A stretch of DNA of 26,164 nt from a bacterium. GTDB taxonomy: Bacteria; Hydrothermota; Tepidihabitantia; Tepidihabitantales; Tepidihabitantaceae. The notes beneath the pieces were generated by a model. It saw only the letters and a program-made list of their open reading frames with translations. It had not been told where the DNA came from and ran no database searches. Every line of letters starts with the position of its first letter. Positions within the stretch are counted from its first letter, which is position 1. Shown here in pieces: positions 1 through 8,775 of this stretch. The translations under genes and the position numbers were made by a program. The stretch is from positions 1-26,164 of the forward strand of contig JAWOHE010000086.1 in the NCBI GenBank assembly GCA_046485285.1, written 5' to 3'.

Positions 1-314
1 AGAAACGCCTGCTCGCTGCGCTGGTAGCGCGCAAACAGCCGGGTCCGGTAGCCGCCGCTCCGCTCGGTCGGCACCGACAGCGCCAGTTTGCCCAGCCGGG
101 TCTGTAGCCGTCGCGGCCGATGCCCGCTCCGGTACCCGCGCCGGCTCCCGGCCCGCTCGTAGCGTCCGGCGCCAAGGTAGTCACGCAGCTCGCTCTCCAG
201 CAGCTCCTGCAGCCATCGCCGCACCACCTCCTTGAGCACTTCCGGGTCATCCAGTAGAAACCCTTGTCCGGGCACCTCGGCTGTGTTACTATCGGTCATT
301 CTTCTTGTGGCCAT
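1..314 (-). CDS. IS256-family (mutator-type DDE) transposase, N-terminal part; not in the ORF track
   Basis: Manual translation: MATRRMTDSNTAEVPGQGFLLDDPEVLKEVVRRWLQELLESELRDYLGAGRYERAGSRRGYRSGHRPRRLQTRLGKLALSVPTERSGGYRTRLFARYQRSEQAF. Matches the IS256 N-terminal pattern (E..LG..RYER...R..YRxG...R.L.TR.G.L.L.VP..R). AGGAG RBS at about 321-325. Confidence 0.9.
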   Translation of the reverse strand, partial: MATRRMTDSNTAEVPGQGFLLDDPEVLKEVVRRWLQELLESELRDYLGAGRYERAGSRRGYRSGHRPRRLQTRLGKLALSVPTERSGGYRTRLFARYQRSEQAF

Positions 315-421
315 TCGAGCCTCCTTTCGATCATAACTGACGCCACATTCTCATCGGAATGCGGCACGGCTCAATGGCCACTCTCTCTTTGCCAATTTGC
401 AGACATTATGGCACGCAACTC
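1..421 (-). mobile_element. IS256-family insertion sequence, left end (truncated by window edge)
   Basis: Transposase ORF plus a candidate left terminal IR at 394-421 (minus strand GAGTTGCGTGCCATAATGTCTGCAAATT). The partner IR is outside the window, so the boundary is inferred. Confidence 0.75.
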
Positions 422-791
422 TGGTGAGCGATGGATTGGACAGAGCAGAGGCATTAACTCATTTGGACGGACAAGACGCCAGGAATTCGGCAGAAAGGGA
501 ACCTGCGCCACGAGTGGAGTAGCAGCAACCGCGCAGGTGCGCAAGGAGCTTGCAGCACTGATGGCCGGCACGGCGGTGGCCGGCGACTCGGCACACAACC
601 TCAGCGGCGAGTTCGTCCGCTTGGCCGTGCGCCCGCTGGGATCCCCATCATCGTCGCAGGCCGCGGGCCGACCCGTGGCCCCGTGTGGGCCGCTCTTGCT
701 GAACCTCGGGAAGGCGGCTGGTCCGAGGGCGCAGGCCTGCGTCGATCGGTCTGGCCCGGTCGCTGACTCCTGCCCCGCGGACATGAGACGT

Positions 792-813
792 AAGCCGCCC
801 CGAAGGGCGGCTT
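792..813 (-). terminator. Hairpin 21 nt after the last hydrogenase-operon gene; likely terminator or 3' stabilising stem
   Basis: Perfect 9-bp stem AAGCCGCCC-TTCG-GGGCGGCTT with a cUUCGg tetraloop on the mRNA strand. The U-tract is short. Confidence 0.6.
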
Positions 814-834
814 CGACTCAGTTGCAGTTGCCGG

Positions 835-1452
835 TCAGTATCCCCACTGCTCGGTCAGGTAGACCTTGCGTCGGCACTCCGGGCAGAGGATTCGCATCGT
901 GCCCGAACGATAGGGTTCAGTCCTGGCGTCGGGCAGTGGCGGCTCCGAAATCCCGAGTGCCTGGTACTTGGCAAGGAACAGGCTCGGGTTGGCGCTGACC
1001 AGGTCGCCGACCTTGTGGGCGAGGTAGACAAGGTGTTCCTTCGCCGCGAACGGCTCACCGCAGATCTCGCACAGGGCGACCGGTTTCTCGACCGCGGTCT
1101 CCCAGTCCGCCGAGCGCTCGGTCCGGGCCGTATCGAACTCGGTGGACTGGTAGATGGCGTCGCCGACCGTGCAGTAACGGACGCACTGGCCGCAGTAGAT
1201 GCAGCGCTCGGCGTGGTGAATGTTGCGCAACACGCCCCGGTCGCGGTCAACGACGATCTCACGGGCGTTGGTCGGGCAGACGTTCGAACAGGCCCCGCAG
1301 CAGATGCACTTGTCCTCGCGGAACTTGAGCATCCCCCGAAAGTTGGGGTGAATCGCATCGACTGCGGCCGGAAACCTGGTCGTGAACGGCGGGCTGAACA
1401 GCGAGCGGATCGCCTCGCCGAGCTCGCGGACCTTGGGCAGCGGGATTCTCAC
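835..1452 (-). CDS. 2x[4Fe-4S] ferredoxin-like hydrogenase subunit (NuoI/HycF/MbhN-like)
   Basis: FT.RFP..FRG, CICCGACSNVCP, CIYCGQCVRYC, plus C-terminal CEICG...CPECR as in HycF. GTG start overlaps the upstream stop. Confidence 0.9.
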   Translation of the reverse strand: MRIPLPKVRELGEAIRSLFSPPFTTRFPAAVDAIHPNFRGMLKFREDKCICCGACSNVCPTNAREIVVDRDRGVLRNIHHAERCIYCGQCVRYCTVGDAIYQSTEFDTARTERSADWETAVEKPVALCEICGEPFAAKEHLVYLAHKVGDLVSANPSLFLAKYQALGISEPPLPDARTEPYRSGTMRILCPECRRKVYLTEQWGY

Positions 1453-1814
1453 TCTTCTTCCCCCTCACCGGTCGAGATGATCGAGCGGCCGCCGCGGTCC
1501 TCGGTGAACATGTCGCGCACCGTGCCCTTCCAGAGCTTGACCCCGAACTCGAGCGAGCCACGCGAGAGCGCGTGCGAGGCGACCGGCAGGTTGATGAGCA
1601 CGAAGACGATCACGACGAGGGCCTTGATGCCGATGGCACTGAACCCGGTCATCAGGAATATGCCGAACAGGATTCCGCAGGTGCCGAGCGTGACCGACTT
1701 GGTCGCGGCCTGCATCCGGTTGTAGAGGTCAGGAAACCGGACCAGCCCGAGACAGCCAAGCAGGTTGAACGCGACACCGCCGATGATGAAGATCCAGCCG
1801 ATAGTCTCAGTCAT
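1449..1814 (-). CDS. mnhG: Na+/H+ antiporter subunit G (MnhG/MrpG)
   Basis: GLVRFPDLYNRMQAATKSVTLG and P.ASHAL motifs. Start re-called to ATG 1814 (MTETIGW). Confidence 0.92.
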   Translation of the reverse strand: MTETIGWIFIIGGVAFNLLGCLGLVRFPDLYNRMQAATKSVTLGTCGILFGIFLMTGFSAIGIKALVVIVFVLINLPVASHALSRGSLEFGVKLWKGTVRDMFTEDRGGRSIISTGEGEEE

Positions 1815-2061
1815 CGAGGCTCCTTCCGGACAGGTACTTGGCCAGCGCCAGTGTCGCCACGAAGCTGATGACCGCCAGCGCGATCGAGATGTCCAGCAGG
1901 TAGGCAAGCTTGAAGCGAAGCGCCATCAGCGCGGTGATGCAGGTGAAGATCACCGCCATGATGTCGACCGCGATGACCCGGTCGGGGATGCTCGGTCCGC
2001 GCAGGATGCGGTACAGGCAGAAGAAGGCACCGAGCACCAGTGTCACGATCAGTATCGTCAT
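1807..2061 (-). CDS. mnhF: Na+/H+ antiporter subunit F (MnhF/MrpF)
   Basis: RILRGPSIPDRVIAVD and LDISIALAVISFVATLALAKY motifs; 84 aa, 3 TM. Confidence 0.92.
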   Translation of the reverse strand: MTILIVTLVLGAFFCLYRILRGPSIPDRVIAVDIMAVIFTCITALMALRFKLAYLLDISIALAVISFVATLALAKYLSGRSLDD

Positions 2062-2071
2062 CAGCGCCCCC

Positions 2072-2566
2072 TCACTCGAAGATCCGGGCCAGCAACTTTT
2101 CGAACGGGCCCTTGATCATGCGGCCGGCCGCCGCCTCGTCCTCGCTCCTGACCTCGATCCAGTGAATGTAGAGGACGTCGTCCTTGATGTCGACCGTCAT
2201 TGTCCCGGGCGTCAAAGTTATCGAGTTCGCCAGGAAGGTCCGGGCGATGTCGGTCTTGAGCGTCGTGCGAATCTTGACGATGCCGGGCTTGAGTTGGAGC
2301 CCGGGCGAGAGCACCCGGAGCGCGACGTCGATGTTGGCCTTGATAACCTGGTAGCCGAAGACCGGGATGTAAACCAGCACCCAGAACCAGCGCGCCGGGT
2401 TGAACAGGCGCGCCGGGGACAGCGGCAATTCGCTGCCGAAGACGAGTGCGGCGATGAGCGAGACGACCGCGCCCAGGACCAGCGAGGCCGTATTCAGGGT
2501 CCAGGTCAGCAGCAGCCAGACGCCGAACCCGCCAAGCCAGTAGCATAACACCCGTGCCGTCCTCAT
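2072..2566 (-). CDS. mnhE: Na+/H+ antiporter subunit E (MnhE/MrpE)
   Basis: ANIDVA, PGIVKI, LANSITLTPGT, LYIHWI motifs. Start re-called to ATG 2566 behind GGAGG. Confidence 0.93.
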   Translation of the reverse strand: MRTARVLCYWLGGFGVWLLLTWTLNTASLVLGAVVSLIAALVFGSELPLSPARLFNPARWFWVLVYIPVFGYQVIKANIDVALRVLSPGLQLKPGIVKIRTTLKTDIARTFLANSITLTPGTMTVDIKDDVLYIHWIEVRSEDEAAAGRMIKGPFEKLLARIFE

Positions 2567-2567
2567 C

Positions 2568-4073
2568 CTAACCTCCGAGCACCATCCGGGCGTACTCAAG
2601 CCCGCTCATCAGCACCCGTGCCGCCGGGGCGACTACGCCGTCAAGCAGGGGCCGGAAGCCGATGCCGAAGGCAAGTGCCATCACCGCAAGCATCACCAGC
2701 GCGACGAGGATCGCCAGCGGCGCTTCCCTGGCCTTCGTCGGCTCGCGGTCCTTGCGAACGAACAGCACGTTGTTGATGACCTTGAGCAGGTAACCCATCG
2801 TCACGACGCTGAACAGCGCGGCGACAATGGCCAGCCAGTACATCCTTGCCGCCACCGCGCCGACGATGATGAACAGCTTCGAGAAGAACCCGGCGAAGGG
2901 CGGGATACCGGCCAGCGACAGCGCACCGGCGATGTAACTCCAGGATGTCACCGGCATCGACTTCTCGAGGCCGGAAATCGCGCCGATCTCGCGCGACCCG
3001 GTCTCGCGCTCGATCGACCGCGAGGCGAGGAAGAGCAGGCCCTTGGTCACCGAGTGAGCGAGGACGTGGAACAGCGCGCCGACGATCGCCCAGTAGTTGC
3101 CAATGCCGAGGCCGAGGATGATGTAGCCGATCTGGCTGATCGTCGAATAGGCGAGCAGCCGCTTGTAGTTCATCTGGTTGATGGCAAGGAGGGACGCGGT
3201 AATGAGCGAGAACAGCCCGAGGCCGACCAGCAGGTTGAAGAAAGTCGGGGCAGTCGCGCGGGTGAGCCCGAAGACGTTGAAGACGACCCGGCTCATCGCG
3301 TAGATGCCGAGCACCTTGACGAAGACGCCCGACAGCACCGCCGAAACCGGCGCCGGCGCCGACAGGTGGGCGTCGGGCAGCCAGGAGTGAAACGGCATCA
3401 GCGCCATCTTGGTCGCGAAGCCGACCAGCATCGTGCCGAGCACGAACCAGGTGAAGGGCGTCTGGCCAATCGCCTGGAGCGCCCGGGACATGTCGGCCAT
3501 GTTCAGGGTCGAGGTCCGGGCGTAGAGTAGTGCGACCGATACCAGCACCATCATCCCGGCGATCTCGCCCATCACCATGTACTTGAACCCGGACTCCAGC
3601 TCCTCCGCCTCGGTGCCGAACGCGACCAGCGCGTAGCTCGACACCGCCGATATCTCGAGGAAGACGAACAGGTTGAACATGTCGCCGGTCAGCGCGACCC
3701 CGTTGAGCCCGGCCAGCAGCAGCATGAACAGCGTGTAGTACTTCCAGCGGCCGGTGTAGCGGTCAAGGTAGCGGGTCGAGAAGAGCAGTGCCGGCAGGCC
3801 GACCAGGTTGGCGATCAGCACGACCAGCGCCGACAGCGGGTCGTAGACCAGGGTGATGCCCAGCGGCGGCATCCAGCCGCCCATCCTGTAGACGACCGGC
3901 GCCATCCCCTGGGCCAGCGCGACGAGCCCGTAGATCGAATACGTGACGAGGAACGCCCCGACGAGGTTGCCGATGACGTCGGCGAAGAAGCGCCAGGCCC
4001 GGCCGAGGAGAGGGATCAGGAAGGCGCCGGCCAGCGGCACGACCACGAACAGCGGCAGGTATTGAGTCAGCAC
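2568..4073 (-). CDS. mnhD: MrpD/MbhH-like proton-conducting antiporter subunit
   Basis: TGDMFNLFVFLEI, KMALMPFHSWLPDAH, KRLLAYSTISQIGYI, GIPPFAGFFSK; highly hydrophobic, 501 aa. Confidence 0.9.
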   Translation of the reverse strand: MLTQYLPLFVVVPLAGAFLIPLLGRAWRFFADVIGNLVGAFLVTYSIYGLVALAQGMAPVVYRMGGWMPPLGITLVYDPLSALVVLIANLVGLPALLFSTRYLDRYTGRWKYYTLFMLLLAGLNGVALTGDMFNLFVFLEISAVSSYALVAFGTEAEELESGFKYMVMGEIAGMMVLVSVALLYARTSTLNMADMSRALQAIGQTPFTWFVLGTMLVGFATKMALMPFHSWLPDAHLSAPAPVSAVLSGVFVKVLGIYAMSRVVFNVFGLTRATAPTFFNLLVGLGLFSLITASLLAINQMNYKRLLAYSTISQIGYIILGLGIGNYWAIVGALFHVLAHSVTKGLLFLASRSIERETGSREIGAISGLEKSMPVTSWSYIAGALSLAGIPPFAGFFSKLFIIVGAVAARMYWLAIVAALFSVVTMGYLLKVINNVLFVRKDREPTKAREAPLAILVALVMLAVMALAFGIGFRPLLDGVVAPAARVLMSGLEYARMVLGG

Positions 4074-4077
4074 CCGG

Positions 4078-4425
4078 CTATCCTCTCAAGCGCCTTATCT
4101 CGGTGATGTCGAAGGTCTTGTACTTCTCGTAGATCCGCATCACGAAGGCGAGCATCAGGGCGGTCGTCGCGAGGCCAATGACGATCGAGGTGAGCACAAG
4201 CGCCTGGGGCACCGGGTCGACGAACGGGCCGGTCATCCCGGGCCGGGTGATGATCGGCGCGACCGCGTCGTGCTTGAAACCGATGAAGGCGAACAGCAGG
4301 TTGATGGCGTATTCCATCAGACAGAAGCCGATGACCATCTTGATGAGGTTGCGCTTGAGCACGACCGCGTAGAGCCCGAGCAGGAACAGGAGAAAGCAGG
4401 CGACAAAGGGCAGCATCGTCATCAC
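4078..4425 (-). CDS. mnhC: Na+/H+ antiporter subunit C (MnhC/MbhG, NuoK-like)
   Basis: NLIKMVIG and DPVPQALVLTSIVIG motifs. Confidence 0.92.
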   Translation of the reverse strand: MMTMLPFVACFLLFLLGLYAVVLKRNLIKMVIGFCLMEYAINLLFAFIGFKHDAVAPIITRPGMTGPFVDPVPQALVLTSIVIGLATTALMLAFVMRIYEKYKTFDITEIRRLRG

Positions 4426-4862
4426 TCCTTCATCACGAACCGCGACGCGCCCAGCGCCAGGAAAATCGCGAACAGCCCGGCACCGACCTTGATGCCGATG
4501 GCGATGTTGGCGAGCGGGATGATGCCGGCGCTGACGAGGCCGAACGGTCGCCCGACCTGGGACCAGACGTTGTAGAGAAACTCGTGGCCGGCGAAGTAGC
4601 CGGCGAGGCCGATGAGGATGAAGCCGAGCCCGCCGATGCTCTCAAACACCGAGGAGAACGTGTAGCGGTGCTGCTCGACATTCTCGACCGACCCGAAGGC
4701 CAGCGACACGAGGATGAACGCCGCCGCGACGATCGCGCCGCCGGCGAACCCCCCGCCCGGCGTCAGGTGGCCGTGGAGGATGATGTAGCCGCCGTAGAGA
4801 AAAACCATCCCGGCGACGAGCCGTGCCACGGTCTGGACGATGACGGTCATCCCGCGCGTCAT
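4422..4862 (-). CDS. mnhB: MnhB-domain antiporter subunit (MbhF-like)
   Basis: GHLTPGGGFAGG signature; IGIKV. Confidence 0.9.
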   Translation of the reverse strand: MTRGMTVIVQTVARLVAGMVFLYGGYIILHGHLTPGGGFAGGAIVAAAFILVSLAFGSVENVEQHRYTFSSVFESIGGLGFILIGLAGYFAGHEFLYNVWSQVGRPFGLVSAGIIPLANIAIGIKVGAGLFAIFLALGASRFVMKE

Positions 4863-5413
4863 TGCCTGCCTCCCCCGGTGCCGGACTTGTAGCCGATCTG
4901 CCTCACGATCGTCAGTACTCCAACGACCGCGGTGAAGAGCACGACCGCCTCGCCGAGCGTGTCCCAGGCCCGGAAGTCGAGGATGATCGCCGCGACTAGG
5001 TTGGCCGCGCCGGTCCGGTCGAGGCCGATCGCAATGTAGTCGCTCGCCACCCGCATCAGCGGCTCGCCGAACTTCGGCAGTTCGGGCAGGACGTGGGCGA
5101 GCAGGATGAGGAACATCACCACGAAGCCCCCGTACATCACCGCCGGGAAGATCATCCGCGAGGTTATCCGGAGCTGGACCGTGCTGTCGACGTGGGTGGT
5201 CCTGAGGATCACCGCGGCGAACAGCACCACTGCTAGGATTTCGACCACGATCTGGACGATGGCGAGGTCCGGGGCCTGGACCAGGATGAATACGATGGCC
5301 ACGCTGAACCCGACCATTCCCATCGCCACCGCCGCGGCCAGCAGGTCCTTGACCTCGATGGCAAGGATGGCGGCAGCGATCATTCCAAGCAGGACGACGT
5401 ATAGCTCAATCAT
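4859..5413 (-). CDS. DUF4040 + MbhE-like membrane subunit (equivalent to MrpA C-terminal / MbhD-E fusion)
   Basis: QAPDLAIVQIVVE (DUF4040) and NLVAAIILDFRAWDTLGE (MbhE/MrpA C-terminal) motifs. Confidence 0.85.
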   Translation of the reverse strand: MIELYVVLLGMIAAAILAIEVKDLLAAAVAMGMVGFSVAIVFILVQAPDLAIVQIVVEILAVVLFAAVILRTTHVDSTVQLRITSRMIFPAVMYGGFVVMFLILLAHVLPELPKFGEPLMRVASDYIAIGLDRTGAANLVAAIILDFRAWDTLGEAVVLFTAVVGVLTIVRQIGYKSGTGGGRQ

Positions 5414-5418
5414 CTCCG

Positions 5419-7347
5419 CTACCCCAGCAACAGCACCAGGTAAAGCAGCGCCGCCCCAAGGAAGACCCAGGACACGTAGAGCGGCAGCTGGCCGGTCATC
5501 AGTTTCGAGACGCCCGAGCCCACGGCAAGCACGAAACGGCCGACGAGCCCGAAGGCCCGGTCGAGGGTCTCATCGATCGCCGAACGCAGGGCCGCGCCCA
5601 GCCCGCCGAGCAAGCCCTTGAGCCAGTTGTAGAGGTCAAGCGCCCCGCCCTCACCGAAGCGGAGGCCGTCCCCGACCAGCGGCAGGCCCTTGACCGAACT
5701 GTAGAACGCCGTGCCGGGAACCCGGCTTTCCTCGGCGTCGGCGATCCTCTCCCCGCCGACGAAGGTCCGGCCGGTGGTCGGCTTGCGCGCCGTGCCGAGC
5801 AGATAGACCACCGCCCCGACGCCGAAAGCGATTATCATCAGCACCGAGGCAAGGTCAGGACGCCAAACCCCGGACCAGTTGCCGCGCGACCGCAGTATCC
5901 CGGCGAGCCGGTCGGGCAGGGCCGGAAGGATGAAGTGCGCCAGCGGCAGGCCGAAGGCGAACACGCCGAAGGCCACGCAGGTGAAGGCGATGAGCAGGGT
6001 CGGCAGCCACATCGTGAAGCCGCCTTCCCGGACGTGGCTGAGCTCGTGCGGCCGCTGGCCCAGGAACACTGCGTGAAGCAGCTTCAGGAACGAAGCCAGC
6101 GTCAACACGCTGCCGAACATCGCCGCAACGAGAAAGAGCGGGTAGAGCCGGCTGCCCTGCCCCCCGAGTTCGACGATACCCTGGTAGATCATCCACTTCG
6201 AGAAGAAACCATTGAGCGGGGGGATGCCGGCGATTGACAGCGCGCAGATGAGGAACGAGAAGAAGGTCAGCGGCATCTGGCGTGCCAGCCCGCCGAGCTT
6301 GTCGAGTTCGTCGTTGCGGGTCCAGAACTCGACCGTGCCCGCGGAGAGGAACAACCCGGTCTTGTAGAGCGAGTGGTTCAACATGTGGAACAGCGCGCCG
6401 GCGATCCCGACCGGCGTCCCGGTTCCGATACCGAGAACCATGTAGCCGACCTGGGAGACCGCGTGGAAGGAAAGCAGGCGCATCACTCGCTTCTGGACCA
6501 GCGCCATCATCACCGCTCCGACCACCGTGACCGCGCCAACCGTCATCAGGACGTTGCGTATGGCTATGCTGCCCGGGATGTCGAACATCGACAACGAGAC
6601 TCTGGTCAGCAGGTAGATACCCAGCAGCTTGTCAACCGATGCCGGGATGAGGGCCATCACCGTGGCCGGCGATGTCTTCGCCGCCTGCGGTATCCAGCCG
6701 TGGAATGGCATCGAGCCGGCCTTGGCGAGCGCGCCGGCAGCAATCATGAGATAGGAAGTGACCAGCCATCCGTCTGCCAGCGACAGCGGCGTGCGGGGCG
6801 CGATGTCGCTGCCGCCGGTGCGCACGAGCAGCATCACGATGCCGAGCAGGAGGGCGAAATCGCTGAGCCCGATGAGGACAAGCGCCTTGTTGGCGGCATC
6901 CTCGGCGCCCGGCCGGCCGACCAGCAAGATGCCGTAGGTCAGGACCAGGAGCGAGCCCCAGAAGAAAAGCAGGGTCAGCAGGTTGCCGGCAAGAAGCACG
7001 CCGTTGGCGCCGGCCAGCAGGAGCATCACGTACAGGTAGTAGCTCCGGTTGCGGTCCCAGTTCCGCATGTAGCGGAACGAGTAGAGCAGGACCAGCACCC
7101 CGAAGATTGCGACGAAGAGGAGGATGAAGCTCGAGAGCTGGTCAATCCGGAACCAGATCGGCTGGCCGGAGACCTCGAGCAGGCGGTAGCTGGTCTCGCC
7201 GCCCCGGGTCGTGATGAAGAGCCGGACCGCGAAATAGAGGGTCAGGATCGCGCCGATGAAGCTGAGCTCGTTGCGGAGGCGGCTGACCAGCCAGCCGGCG
7301 ACACCGGCCAGCACCGGGACGAGGATGAGGAGGAGGAATGAGTTCAT
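5419..7347 (-). CDS. NuoL/MrpA/HyfB-like proton-conducting membrane subunit (642 aa)
   Basis: KAGSMPFHGWIP, RLLSFHAVSQVGYM, FHMLNHSLYKTGLFL, GIPPLNGFFSKW; C-terminal lateral-helix-like region ending in one TM. Confidence 0.88.
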   Translation of the reverse strand: MNSFLLLILVPVLAGVAGWLVSRLRNELSFIGAILTLYFAVRLFITTRGGETSYRLLEVSGQPIWFRIDQLSSFILLFVAIFGVLVLLYSFRYMRNWDRNRSYYLYVMLLLAGANGVLLAGNLLTLLFFWGSLLVLTYGILLVGRPGAEDAANKALVLIGLSDFALLLGIVMLLVRTGGSDIAPRTPLSLADGWLVTSYLMIAAGALAKAGSMPFHGWIPQAAKTSPATVMALIPASVDKLLGIYLLTRVSLSMFDIPGSIAIRNVLMTVGAVTVVGAVMMALVQKRVMRLLSFHAVSQVGYMVLGIGTGTPVGIAGALFHMLNHSLYKTGLFLSAGTVEFWTRNDELDKLGGLARQMPLTFFSFLICALSIAGIPPLNGFFSKWMIYQGIVELGGQGSRLYPLFLVAAMFGSVLTLASFLKLLHAVFLGQRPHELSHVREGGFTMWLPTLLIAFTCVAFGVFAFGLPLAHFILPALPDRLAGILRSRGNWSGVWRPDLASVLMIIAFGVGAVVYLLGTARKPTTGRTFVGGERIADAEESRVPGTAFYSSVKGLPLVGDGLRFGEGGALDLYNWLKGLLGGLGAALRSAIDETLDRAFGLVGRFVLAVGSGVSKLMTGQLPLYVSWVFLGAALLYLVLLLG

Positions 7348-7356
7348 CGCGTCACC

Positions 7357-8775
7357 TCACATCCCGGTTGCGGCCACGGCCGCGTCAAAGTACCGGCTGA
7401 GCCAGGGCCAGGCCGCGCCGAGCGCCAGCGTCGCCAGCCCGAGCACGGCCACGATCGTGGTCAGGAGGCCGGACTCGCGACCGGTCACCCCTGCGCGCGG
7501 CTCACCGGTGAACATCCGGAAGAGCCGGAGCATGTAGAGCGCGGTCATCACCGCGGCAACGAGCGCGGCGACCGCGATGACCAGGTTGCCCCGGACCGCG
7601 GCCAGGATTACGTAGAACTTGCCCCAGAAGCCGAGCAGGGGCGGGAACCCGACAATCGAGAGCATCATCACCGCGACAGCGGCCGCGGTGACCGGCATCG
7701 TCCGGGCCAGACCGCCCAGCTCGGTCAGGTCGCGCTGGTGCGTCGCCTTCTCGACAACGCCCATCGCAAGGAACAGCCCGGCCTTGGCAAGGCTGTGGGC
7801 GATGAGGTAGATGAGCCCGGCCGCGAGGCCGAACGCGCCGGCGAAGGCGAAGCCGATGAATATGTAGCCGAGCTGGCTGACGGTCGAGTAGGCGAGCACG
7901 CGCTTGTAGTCGCGGGTGTGGAGCGCGACCCCGGCGGCGAGCATCGCGCTGAACGCCCCGAGTCCGCCGACGAGCAGCGGCCACCAGTCGGGCAGGACCA
8001 GCGGGCTCTGAATGAATATCCGGATATAGGCGATGAGTCCGACCTTCTCGACGGCACCCGACAGCACGGCCCCAACCGGAAGCGGTGCCGCGGCCTGGGC
8101 GTCGGGCAGCCAGACGTACATCGGCACGCTCGCCGACTTGGTGACCATCCCGGCGAGAATCAGCAGGAGCCCCCAGGGACTCAGGCCCGGCCCGGTCAGC
8201 CGGTCCGGGCTGAAGGTCTGGTGCTCGACGAAGAGGACCGCGAAGCCGACCAGCATCAGCACCGACCCGGCGAAGGTGATGAGCAGGGTCTTCTGCGCGG
8301 CGCCGATCTCGCGGTCGGAGCGGTAGAACGCGACCAGCCGCCAGGTCGCGACGCCGGCCAGCTCCCAGAACATGTAAATCATCAGGAGGTTGCGCGAGAA
8401 GCACAGCCCGACGACCGCCCCGAGCATTATCAGCAGGAAGCCGAAGTAGTCGTCCTGGAAATCGCGGCCCCTGAGGTAGCTCGTCGAGTAGATGGTAACC
8501 AGCAGCCAGACGAACCCGAAGACGGTCGCGAGCAGCAGCCCGACACCGTCGACGACCATCAGCGGCGAGGGCAGGACCCGGAGGATGCCCATCAGCCAGA
8601 GGCCGTGGCTGGCCGTGCCGGCCCGGGCCCAGAGCGCGAGGACGATGGCGAGGGTGGCGGCGCTGGCCAGGACCGCGAAGACGTTTCGGAACGCCCCGGG
8701 CGCGCGGCGCAGGAGCAGCACCACGAGCCCGGACAGCACCGGGACGAGTATCGCCGCGGCAAGGAGGCCGCTCAT
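7357..8775 (-). CDS. NuoL/M/MrpD-like proton-conducting membrane subunit (472 aa)
   Basis: FWELAG, KSASVPMYVWLPDA, KRVLAYSTVSQLGY, HSLAKAGLF, GFPPLLGFWGK. Start re-called to ATG 8775 (ATGA overlap with the large-subunit stop). Confidence 0.88.
   Translation of the reverse strand: MSGLLAAAILVPVLSGLVVLLLRRAPGAFRNVFAVLASAATLAIVLALWARAGTASHGLWLMGILRVLPSPLMVVDGVGLLLATVFGFVWLLVTIYSTSYLRGRDFQDDYFGFLLIMLGAVVGLCFSRNLLMIYMFWELAGVATWRLVAFYRSDREIGAAQKTLLITFAGSVLMLVGFAVLFVEHQTFSPDRLTGPGLSPWGLLLILAGMVTKSASVPMYVWLPDAQAAAPLPVGAVLSGAVEKVGLIAYIRIFIQSPLVLPDWWPLLVGGLGAFSAMLAAGVALHTRDYKRVLAYSTVSQLGYIFIGFAFAGAFGLAAGLIYLIAHSLAKAGLFLAMGVVEKATHQRDLTELGGLARTMPVTAAAVAVMMLSIVGFPPLLGFWGKFYVILAAVRGNLVIAVAALVAAVMTALYMLRLFRMFTGEPRAGVTGRESGLLTTIVAVLGLATLALGAAWPWLSRYFDAAVAATGM

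Noticed and set aside
264-998. 244-aa plus ORF and 137-aa minus ORF (371-784)
   Set aside because: They cross the IS end, the terminator or the NuoI-like gene and have no family motifs. I cannot assign a function to 422-790.
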